Positions 1 to 9,661 of a DNA stretch of 64,000 bases are shown piece by piece. This DNA is from Chlorokybus atmophyticus (taxonomy: Eukaryota > Plantae > Mesostigma and Chlorokybus algae). The stretch is taken from contig RHPI01000810.1 in NCBI GenBank assembly GCA_009103225.1, positions 682,001 to 746,000 on the forward strand, in the 5' to 3' direction. The notes under the pieces are model-generated. The model was given only the letters and a program-made list of their open reading frames with translations, ran no database searches and was not told the DNA's origin. Position numbers and translations under genes: made by a program. Every line of letters begins with the position of its first letter. Position 1 is the first letter of the stretch.

Positions 1-549
1 TTAATGTTAATCTCGCCACCACCACCGCCACCATTAGCTGCAATACCCCCAATCATCACGCCATTGTTGTTGGCGTTGTTGGGGTTGCTGTTGTGCTTGT
101 TGGCGTGGGCGTGCGCGTTGGAAGTGGAGGTGGTGTTGCCGGCTGAGGTTGAGGCGCGCGTGCGCTTCTTAGCCTGGTGTTCGCGTCCCATCTGATTAAC
201 ATCAGGCTGCTGGTGCGGGCAGTTGGCGAGGTGGCGGTGCATCTCATCGCTGGTGCCAAGACAGTGCCCTTGCGTTGGAGTTGGCGCATCCCCCAGCGCA
301 TGACACGCACGGCATATCGCACCATAGTGATGCGTGTTGCGCTTCTCAGCCGTTCTGATGAAGTATTGCCAAACTAGCAGCTTTGTGTCGCTGCCCCCGC
401 CTCCACCTCCTCCCCCTCCCCCACCCACATTCCCCACATTTCCAACAGTGTTGTTCCCCCCTGCTGTCTCTGATGCTGTTGACGACGCTGCCAGCATCAT
501 CTTTCTGTTCCTGCTGTTGATTTCTTGCCTATGCTGCTCTGGCTCTTTC
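1..549 (-). CDS. BED-type zinc-finger protein, partial (continues beyond left edge); possible hAT-transposase-derived gene
   Basis: Minus frame not listed in the ORF track is open from the acceptor near 549 (ATGATG at 500-495) to the window edge. It reads ...DTKLLVWQYFIRTAEKRNTHHYGAICRACHALGDAPTPTQGHCLGTSDEMHRHLANCPH..., which has the BED hallmarks W-x-x-F, C-x2-C, GTS, HL and terminal Cys/His (about 213-376). Gly- and Asn-rich low-complexity flanks. Probable upstream exon near 960-1090 (GTGAG donor at 959). Confidence 0.7.
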
Positions 550-1266
550 TGCAATGCACGCATACCGTAAGGCCAAACAACGCATGGTCAAGATCAGCAA
601 CGCTACTCGCGAATCGGGGTGAAACACAGCAGCAGCAGCAAGATTGAACAGACCAGACATACACGCACATTCCAGCAAGCAATGCAATGCCTGCGGGAAA
701 AACGAGTATATGCGTGATGTACACGCATATAGAACGCGTTTTTGCCTGTGTCTTGCGAGCCAGCACATATGCTTTCATGTTTTGGACTGCACACACATGC
801 TTACACCTTTTTTATTTCTCCTGGCAATTGGCGAAGCATAATGTAGAAAAGGATTTTATTTCTAGAAGTAAAAAAGCATATACAAGCGGCAAACCATCAA
901 CACAACGTGCGCCGTGCTACGGCAAGCGTAAGCAACAGCAGCAGAGAGGCAGCGCTCACCTACGACGCAGCCTGCGCCTGTCCGCCAGGCCGGCAGGCCC
1001 CGCAGCAACATTGACAACTTGGGCAACAAGCTGGCCACCCTGGACGACGACACCGCCTCCGCCGCCACCCCTGCCGCCGCCGCTAAGCGCAAGAAGACGT
1101 TAAAGAGCAGTTAAGGCACTTAACGGTTGTCGCTTGCGCTTGGTTTAGACCATGGTTAAGCGTCAATCAAGCCGCATGGCAGAGATTAAGTTGTTATGGC
1201 GGAGTGTTAAGATTTTGTTTGGATAGCTGCAATTGCTGCTGTGGTCGTTAAGATGCTGCGCACAGC

Positions 1267-4200
1267 ATGGAGCAGGAGGCGGCGGCGGCGGTGGCGGCGG
1301 GAGACCTCCCACTGGATGACCGCCTGGCCCTCGCCGTGGACTACCCCGCGTTTGTGCAAGATGAAGCCGCTGCGCTCCGCACCCTCGGCGGCGAGGACGC
1401 CATTGCCGCCGCTAGGGTAATGCACAACTCTCTCTCACACAAGGACGCATGCTTACTTGTGTGTATACATGCTTACTTGCGTGCATCCACATGCACGTAC
1501 TCAGATTCCTTTCTTTTTATTTCAGAGTAGAGGCAGTTTCTTGGAGCTACGTTTTCGCCCTGGCGACGTGTTTTCGCACCCTCTGTACGGCGACCTGCAG
1601 CGCACATGCAACCTGCTGCTGCGCGTACGCGTGAAGAAGAGGAGGAAGAAAAAGAGGAATAAATTGAACCATGACGCAGAACAAGAAGAAGCAGAAGGGG
1701 ATGAGGATGGAGGAGGAGGTGGAGATCAAGGAGGAGGACAAGGAAGGTGTATGGATGCAGAAGCAGGTCAGAGCTTTGCATGCAAGCATACTAGCTGCAC
1801 CGTTGCATGCATGCGTGCAAGCATGCAAGCCTTATGACTGAAACTACAAGATGTGGAATGTTGCCGGTCTTGCTCACTCACTCACACACGGTTGCATGCA
1901 CGTACTCAATCAATACACAGACACACGCATGCACACTCGTGCACGCTCGCACGCGCAGCCACTCACCCAGCCACTTCTGACTGCAGGTCAGATGCTGCGC
2001 AGGTCGAGTCCAAAGTGATCGCAAGGATCGCGAGCACTTTCTGCTTTCAGGTAACGCCATGAAAGAAGAAGACGACGCGCGTGTGTGTATGTGTGTTGCA
2101 CTGGCATGCACGCACATACATATCGCTATGTTAGGGTACACGCAGTCCCTCCACCCCTCCCAACCCAACCCACCTCAACCCAATTCAAATTGTGTTTCAC
2201 TGGCAGGGCATGGCGGACTTCCAGTACGTTCCCGACGCGGCCGCGGCACCGGCGGTCGAGCGACTGAGGCCCGAAGCCCTCGTGATGATGGAGGAGAAGG
2301 ACTTTCTCTCACAACCGGACCCGATGCTCATCGTGCCGCCCATCTTCTCGAAAGTGGACATACCGCAGGTGAGTAAAACTGTGCGTGTGATGCAGTTGTG
2401 CGAACCCTTGTTGAGTCGAATGCTTGTTCTCCATATGAAGGCTCGTGCATTGCACGTGTATCAGCATGCGTGCGTGCATGATGCTTTGTGTATATCGAGT
2501 TGCAGGTCTTGACTCATCTCTGTCAGGACTATGCCTACCATGGCAAGATTGCTGCTGCACTGGATAGCACGTCAGGCTCGACGCGTGTCGATTTTGCAGA
2601 CTCTCAAGCACCCTCAGGTAGTGTACGTGTGCATGCCTGTATGACAGAGGAGCAGACGCTCGCTGCCGCGTGACCACGCAACACATATCCACATACTCAA
2701 CGCATTCCCTGCAGGTCCCACAAGTCAGCACGTGCAGCAGGCGGAGGAGCGTCCGGAGTGGGTGGAGCTGCTGTCGGGGTTGTTTGCCGAGCGGCCGATA
2801 TGGTCCAAGGCGGCGCTGAGGCCGCGCGTGCCACTCGAACTCGCGCCCCACCTCAAGCTCTACCTACCGGCCGTCGCCTACGTGTTCATGGCCGGCCCAT
2901 GGCGCCTGCTACACATCAGGCGGGTGGATTTGTTGTTGGCGCGCGACTGTGCGCACATGGTGGCGTGCACTTTGCAGTCGCGTAGAGTTGTGTCCAGTTA
3001 TGCAGGTGGCAAGGGCTTTGTACGTGTGCATGTGCGTGATTGCTGTGTATGCATCTGTGTCTGTGCGTTTGTATATGTACCAACATGTATCTGTGCATGT
3101 TTTGTGGTTAGCTGTATATGTACGCGCATCTGTACATGTACATGTGCGTACCTTTACTTATGTGTACATCTGTGAACGTACATGTGTGTGAGTGCGCACG
3201 CACTCGCGTGTGGTTATGCGCGTGCGTGTGTGTGACTTGCTGCTGAGCATTAAAGAGACCAGTTGCCTTGTGTTCGCAGGTATGGTGTGGACCCGCGGAA
3301 GGACTCGAAGCTGCGAGTGTACCAGATGTTGGACTACCGGTTGCCGGCGAGCCTGGACGCGCAGCGCAAGGCGGCGGGACGGCGTCGCGCGCTGTTCTAC
3401 CGGCGCAGCGACAACCGCACGCCCATCGGACGCTACCAGAGCCTCCACCCGAAGCCCCCCGGCAGCGGCGCACTTTCGCAAGAGGACCAGATGGTGCAGT
3501 TCGAGGCGCTGCACGCGCTGCAAACCCTGCCCCAGAAGAAAACCACGTACATTCAGGTGCATTCTTGACGCTGTCTTTGTATGTCTGTTTGTGTGCGTGA
3601 GCGCGTAGATGCGTGCGCGTGGGTGCACGCGCGCGCATGTGCGTGCATGTGCTGTCATCCTATCTCAAGTCTTTGTCTGGTTCGCAGCTCTGTGACTTAA
3701 CGCCACGAGACATCCGCGATGTTGTCTTCGGGGCTAATGTCCAGCGCGAGTGCACCGAGCAGTCCGGCTGGTACGCCAAGGAGGTCATCGAGGACATCCG
3801 GAGCAGAATTACTAAGGCGTTCGAGCTCGTGCAGCGTGGACAACAGGGAGACCCAGGTACACAACCTGCACACACATATGTGACTCCTGGCATGTGTACA
3901 AGCCTGGGAGGGTTGTAAGTTGTTGATGTATTGATGACTGTTGGAGACTTCGCTTGAAACCAGGTCATGGGGATGAAGCGGCCGTGGCGCAGGACTCTGT
4001 TGTTGGGAGTGCAGAAGCTGCAACAGCCGAACCATCTGCTCTTTCAGAACCCGGCCAAAGTGTCCCGCAAAATGAAGAGAACCGCGCTGAAGGCATCCAT
4101 GCTGAAGCAGCAAATGTCACTGGCGTGTCCCCAAGCCATGCATGCGAGGTCGACATCACCACCACCACCAACAATACTTCCACCACCACCTCCAACACCA

Positions 4201-4598
4201 ATCACTACACCAGCAACAGCGAATACTTCAGAGCGCTGATCGGGCTAGCGCCTGACAACGACGCGGCGCGCAGTCAGCTGCTCACACAGCAGGGGCTGAT
4301 GGATTTGCTACGTGGGGGTGATGCGTATGAGGTCCTTGACAACGAGGACAATGACGAGGATGATGACGACGATGGCGATGATGATGATATGGAGACGGGG
4401 GCTCCATACAATGTGCTGAGCGGCGTGGCGTATGAGGCTCTTCGCCCAATGATGGCAGCTGGCACCGCTGATGTTGGTACGGATTATGATGGTGATGCGG
4501 GTGTTGCAGACGAGCAGCAGCAGGGCGAGGACGAGGAGGAGGACGAGGAAGAGGAGATGGAGGAGGACAGCGAAGATGATGGTGTTGATGATGGCTAG
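1267..4598 (+). CDS. GTF3C5: General transcription factor IIIC subunit 5 (tau95/Tfc1), 9 exons
   Basis: Exons give AVDYPAFVQDEAAALRTLGGEDAI, LELRFRPGDVFSHPLYGD, FQGMADFQY, LFAERPIWSK, GPWRLLHIR|YGVDPRKD..YQMLDYR and SGWY, followed by an acidic C-terminus. This is the characteristic tau95 motif order. Confidence 0.92.
2920..3279 (+). other. GC-AG intron in GTF3C5
   Basis: CAG|GCGGGT...TTCGCAG|G. Only this junction gives the conserved HIR|YGVDPR and the correct phase; the nearby GT is out of phase. Confidence 0.75.
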
Positions 4599-5325
4599 CA
4601 ATTGTGTCTGTCAGGTCTCCTCCCAAGAATGTCACCGGGCAGTGTTCATTCTACACAGACTGGTGTTTTGCAACTTGTGTACCTTCGTTCGTATGTGTGC
4701 AGCTGTGCATAGACGACATTGCACAAAAGAGTGGAGGGTTTGTGCGATTGAGTGACGCGGCTGGCTTGTGTCTGCTGTACAGTGCGACTTAAGGGAAGAG
4801 TGCCAACTCTTCTCAGTAACCTGGCCACACTGCCAATGTCCTACACTATAATGAGCATCTCGATAAGAAGCAGCAGTGCCAATGGCAGCCATTTGCAATG
4901 TGCCATGCTGCTGCACATCCTGAAGTCACTCAGCAAGTGCCTTAGCAATGCTGCCTACTTTGTGGTGCTCAGCACTGCTGAGTCACACCAGACCACCAGT
5001 GTCACAGCTGTACAAAAGGGGTATGCCACCAAGTGTACAAAGGATGCTAGAGGCAATTAGTGTGTTGGTCGCCTACTCCAACAGCCTATGACAGAGAGAG
5101 GAATGTGTACTGATACAATTCAAAAAAGCTGGCCAAGGCACAGGCAGGCAAGCAATGGAATATTTGTTTCATATGTTACACGTGTGGGGAGACAGGTCTG
5201 TACACTCTCTCAGCGACCGCTATGGCAACCTCTCCATGCCAAAATTATATTCTACACGAGGCATACTAATGCTACTAACAAACGCGCGATGCAAACCCAG
5301 CAGAATTGGTGTGTGCCCACCACCT

Positions 5326-6785
5326 TCACACCCCTCCGAGCGCGTCCGCTAGAAGCACCGCACTCCAGCTGGCAAAGTAAAGGCGGACCCAACTAAAGCA
5401 CATGAGGATGTACAACGTGGGCGTGGGCTGCCGGCACGTGTTGTTGTTGAGTCCTGCCAGATTGAGCAAAGGAATCTGCTGAAAGCGCGTGGGCCCGAGG
5501 ATGACATTGTCCACCTTGTGCTCAAAAATCTTCCCTTCGCGATCCAACTTGTAGTATGAGTTGCCCTCAAACCGACCCTGTGACAACCACAAGCGACTGT
5601 TCAGGGAAACAGTACTACTGTCTTGCAATACAAACTATGACAACAGTAAGCAGTTAGAGCTACATGAAATGCAACACACGGTTACTGGGCTTGTACACTA
5701 ATGCATACCTGAGCTTCCCATGGCACACGGGAGGTTCCATGCACCGTCCATCGAATGGCAATCACATCTCCTGATGGTTGCCAGATGCGCATGACTTCCA
5801 CCCAAGCCGACTTGAAGAGCACTTTTGAGAAGAATCGCAGCGACCAGAAGATTGTTCTGTAGTTCCTGATCCCCGAGAAAGCATTCCTTGGATCACAGAA
5901 TGTTATATCCTTCCTGCTCAAGAAGAAAACGTTCCAAACCTCCGCTTCGACACGTTAGTGCTTCTTGCTGGTAAACCCGCCATCAAATACCAGTCCCTCT
6001 AACTGGCCCTTCCACAAACTTCACATGCATACGTGCACACAGCACACACTTTGCGACTCACATACAGTGACACCAGCAGCTACTAAGGACCCCACATTCA
6101 TGTAGTCTGCAAACAGTCAGGCCTTGGAGTAAGTTGACCAGCTGTAGCTACGACAACGCAACTGTAACGGCTAATACTGCTCCAATGCCTCCTCGTTAGT
6201 GGCTATACCGCACCAAAGCGTAACCAACAATCGTACTTCGCATATGCACAACTGCAACAAAACGACATGGCGCACGCACCTATAGATGTCATAGGTCAAA
6301 TCCCGCTTGAAAATGTAAGGATACTCAGTGCGCAGCGTGCGAATGGCGTCGCCGACATTAGCGTAGTAGGCTCTGCTGTTAGCGTCCTTGTCCGTCTGCT
6401 GCTCGGGCGGCGGCACTTGGATCTGCGCAGTGGACGCCAACAGCGAGGGAGGCTCGTCCCAGGAGCCACCCTCCTGCGCATCCTCCCTGTAAGCGTCCAG
6501 ATAACCCCAGGAAGAAAAGCCCGCACCACCCTGCTGCAGTTGCTCCTGCTCCTGCTTCTGCTTGCCTACGCTAGCCCTCCTCCTACCCGACCCAGTCGCG
6601 ATCGCCACGACGGGCGTCGTAGATCTGCGGGACTGCTGCGCTGCTCTGCCAGCTGACCTCCTCAAAGATGATGTGCCTCCTCTACACCTCCGTCTGGCCG
6701 CTGCCACCGCCGCCGCCGATGACGACGACGTGGACGATGCCGACCCGGCCAGGTGCGGCGGCTGTAGCCGCACAGTACACTCCAT
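5326..6785 (-). CDS. DUF2358 / SnoaL-like (NTF2-fold) protein, probably plastid-targeted, 3 exons (6785-6280, 5913-5709, 5577-5326)
   Basis: Spliced product YYANVGDAIRTLRTEYPYIFKRDLTYDIYR|KDITFCDPRNAF...RWTVHGTSRVPWEAQ|GRFEGNSYYKLDREGKIFEHKVDNV matches the plant DUF2358 family. Ser/Arg/Ala-rich N-terminus resembles a transit peptide. Confidence 0.88.
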
Positions 6786-6930
6786 CTCTGTCAGCAGCAG
6801 CGGCACCACGCCCAGCTCGCAACCCAGACTCTCTCGTCCTCTCTCAATACCAGCACGACAACAAGACAGTCTCCCTCGCCAGCGACAACGCCGCCGTCCT
6901 CGCCAGCCAACCCGCCGCCGCCTCCGCCCC

Positions 6931-7575
6931 AAACCCTAGCGTATCTCCTCAGCAGGTAAGAATTTTGCGCAAGTATATTTGCTGCCAAGGCGTCACAGTG
7001 TCTGCCCGGGCGGACACTTTGGCCGGGTCTCGCTGCTACAGAAAGCGCCCAGACGAGATACTAACGAAACGCCGTTACTGGGCGTGACCTACCTCTGCGC
7101 CGCGCAATTGGTTGACTGCCGTTTTGCATTTTTCTGGTCTGTCGAACAAAGTCCAGAGGGATCTGATAGTCGAATCTTGTGGGCGTTTTCTCCACAGCGC
7201 AATTACACAGATATCCGAATGATTGGTGAATATCATGCTTTACCGACGTCGACGTCACGGACTAATATTGGGGTTGACCGCCACCTGTTGACGGGACTGC
7301 AAACTGTGCAGCAGTGAGACGACTCGGCGCGGCAAACGGACGACGTGGACCAATTGAAGCCGCGTGCTGCCGTGGACTCGACTGTCAAGTCTTGACAGCA
7401 CAATGCAGATGGGCCATCTGCATTGTGCTCTGAGATGGCTATACTCAGTACGGTCAACCCTAAATAAGCCAGAATGATGCATTCCGAATGAACCCCAAGT
7501 GATTCAGTTTGTCACTTGGGGTTCATACTGATTGTGTATCAGATAAACACTCAGTTTGAATTACAAATCTGTAAT
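6931..7575 (+). ncRNA. Putative spliced, highly structured non-coding transcript divergent from the DUF2358 gene
   Basis: Telo-box-like AAACCCTAG at 6931 then CAG|GTAAG donor at 6956 and candidate acceptors at 7197 and 7210, followed by many strong inverted repeats (7268-7575). No credible ORF. Transcription is inferred, not observed. Confidence 0.3.
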
Positions 7576-8900
7576 ACATGTGATACAGGAGGGTTCCTAA
7601 CTTACCAACAATGTACATACCCTTGTAATATTGTTTTCTCGCACATATTATATATATATATATAATAGGTAAGTTTGTAAACTGATAATAAACATTAAGT
7701 AATATGTACATTAATACTAGTATTATTATGTATACATACTCAAGTTTAGCAGCTTATTACTGAGGGGATAACATGTGATGATAGATGGAGCCTTTACTCG
7801 CCAAGTGTACAAATTAGCATAATGTAATCAATGTGTATGCATAACCATGTACATTTATGTGCTTGATGCTTTCATAAACGTGCGCTGCACATTTAAGAGT
7901 AAACAATCATAGGCTATTACATGTATCATAAAAACTGACTTGTATAGTGAAGTTGCACAATTGCATGGAGCAAAAAAATTACGAGCAACAGCGGTTAATG
8001 TATTGCAAGTATATTTGTAACATTAACAAATAACATAATTATTTATATATATGTATATAATTATATAAATGTGTAAATGCATGTATACATATATACATGC
8101 ATATATATAAATATAATTTTCACAATGTGATCATATGTTTATGTCATGTATGCAAATTAGCATAAATGTAAACGCTTATCGATAAAGTTTACGAACAACG
8201 TTGCATACATGCACGTGCGTAACTGTACAAGTACAAGTAGTTGCCATTTAACCATACAATCACACAAACTACATATCCATATTTTAAAATAAAGTACCAC
8301 ATTTACTTACAATGTGTAAAAGAGTGCCCATATATCACATCATTCCATAAATTGTTGGTAATCTTATGCATGCGTGCCATTAAGTGGCGACAAACATTGA
8401 CTACCTCTTGCAAAACACATACAGCGTAACTTGACACGGGGTTGGCTGAATGATGTTATCATAATGGTTTTATTGATATATATTGGTCAGCAAGGGTGTA
8501 ATATATATAGTTCAACAAACTCACACATAATATAAATAAACATATAGCGTAAAAGTGTGTGACTTTACAGTTAAAGTAGTATCAAGTTTCACTTGCCATC
8601 AATACACACCGCGCATAAGGTGTGCTGATTTATGCGCCAAACTTGATGCAACGGTTTTGTGTCTGGAGCAGTATGCGTCATATGTTCATATTATGTGTAT
8701 GTTAATGATGTGATTTCCAAGGTACGCGTAGCTAGCTTTATCGCTAAAACGATGAAAAGCTAAAAAGGTATCCACATGTACCACGATCGTCAATTGATGT
8801 GGATTTTGAGCATAGCCTGTTAGCGTTATAATAAGTTTCGAGCTAAAAATAATTGCCTTAAACATAGTTTGATTTGGTACATTGTTACTTGTATGCTTTA
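7530..8900. repeat. AT-rich, TA-microsatellite- and palindrome-rich intergenic block
   Basis: Sharp drop in GC relative to the flanking genes; (TA)n tracts at about 7647-7667 and 8040-8115; inverted repeat ATGCATGTATA/TATACATGCAT at 8077-8102. Similar blocks at about 41700-42800 and 56900-60200. Confidence 0.6.
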
Positions 8901-9661
8901 TGGATTGGGAATGGTGGAATGTGCATAAGAAATGTGGTACAAATTGTGTCTATACTTGAATGTTGCTGCGTCAGCTGGCGAGTTGCATCCTACATTTTGG
9001 AGCTTTGTCACTCGAAGTGTCCCTCACTTGAGGGCCTCAAGTTCATTCCAGCCCTGTCAAGTCGTGCAATGGAAGTCCACTTGATTCAGCGGAGCGCTCT
9101 GCCGCTTTATAACCTTAGAGGTCACCTAGCCCGCTTCTGAATCAGTCCATGCATCAGGTGCACGATTCAAAGTCACGGCTCACAAGAGCGTTTACAATCG
9201 TGGCCGACTGCTCCACCCGGAGATCAACCACCGCCTCACCTATCGATCCGCCCTTTCGTACGCCCATCGTACGGTCCACTGCCCAGCCAGCACGCGGACC
9301 AATAGCGGCGCAAAGACCGCAAGAGCCTACGTCCTCAACCGGCCAACGTATGCACAGCAACCGGTGACGTGACATAAATGCGACCGGTAGAGCTTCAAAA
9401 TGTATCGGTCTCTATAGCGGTTGTGCCGGACACCTTCAGCCCTAGTGATCAAGTGGCTGTGCTAGCGTTGTGAGCACGGCTGAGAGCGGCGGCAGGGGTG
9501 GTGGCGGCATTGGCGAGGGCGGCGGTGAGGACCAGCAGGAGAAACAGGTCTTTGCTACCTACGAACTGGAGGAATTGCGTGCGCGGAACACGTAGCGTGA
9601 TTTTGCCCGGGGTGGTGAGGCGGCGGCGTTCTCCTCTCATCTCTGCTGGTCGCTCAGCTTG

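Noticed and set aside
3108-3658. Long antisense and alternate-frame ORFs in the supplied track (also 2309-2851, 18738-19595, 30269-31042)
   Set aside because: They are shadows of GC-rich exons or (RY)n intron repeats, giving His/Thr/Cys/Ala/Arg-rich translations with no domain signal.
7455-7464. CAACCCTAAA within the structured element as a telomerase RNA template
   Set aside because: It is complementary to TTTAGGG, but it is sequestered in the 13-bp stem with 7268-7280, whereas a template must be single-stranded. No convincing USE+TATA Pol III promoter or downstream pseudoknot was seen, and telo-boxes are common in this window. An Infernal search with plant/algal TR models would settle it.
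7424-7500. GTGCTCTGAGA as the start of a TPP riboswitch
   Set aside because: The required downstream CCTGAT...AATNCC...GGGA motifs are absent.
7530-8900. AT-rich blocks (also 41700-42800 and 56900-60200) as Helitron or viral insertions
   Set aside because: No TC...CTRR ends with a 3' hairpin could be assigned, and no Rep, helicase, transposase or viral ORF is recognisable. Kept only as AT-rich blocks.
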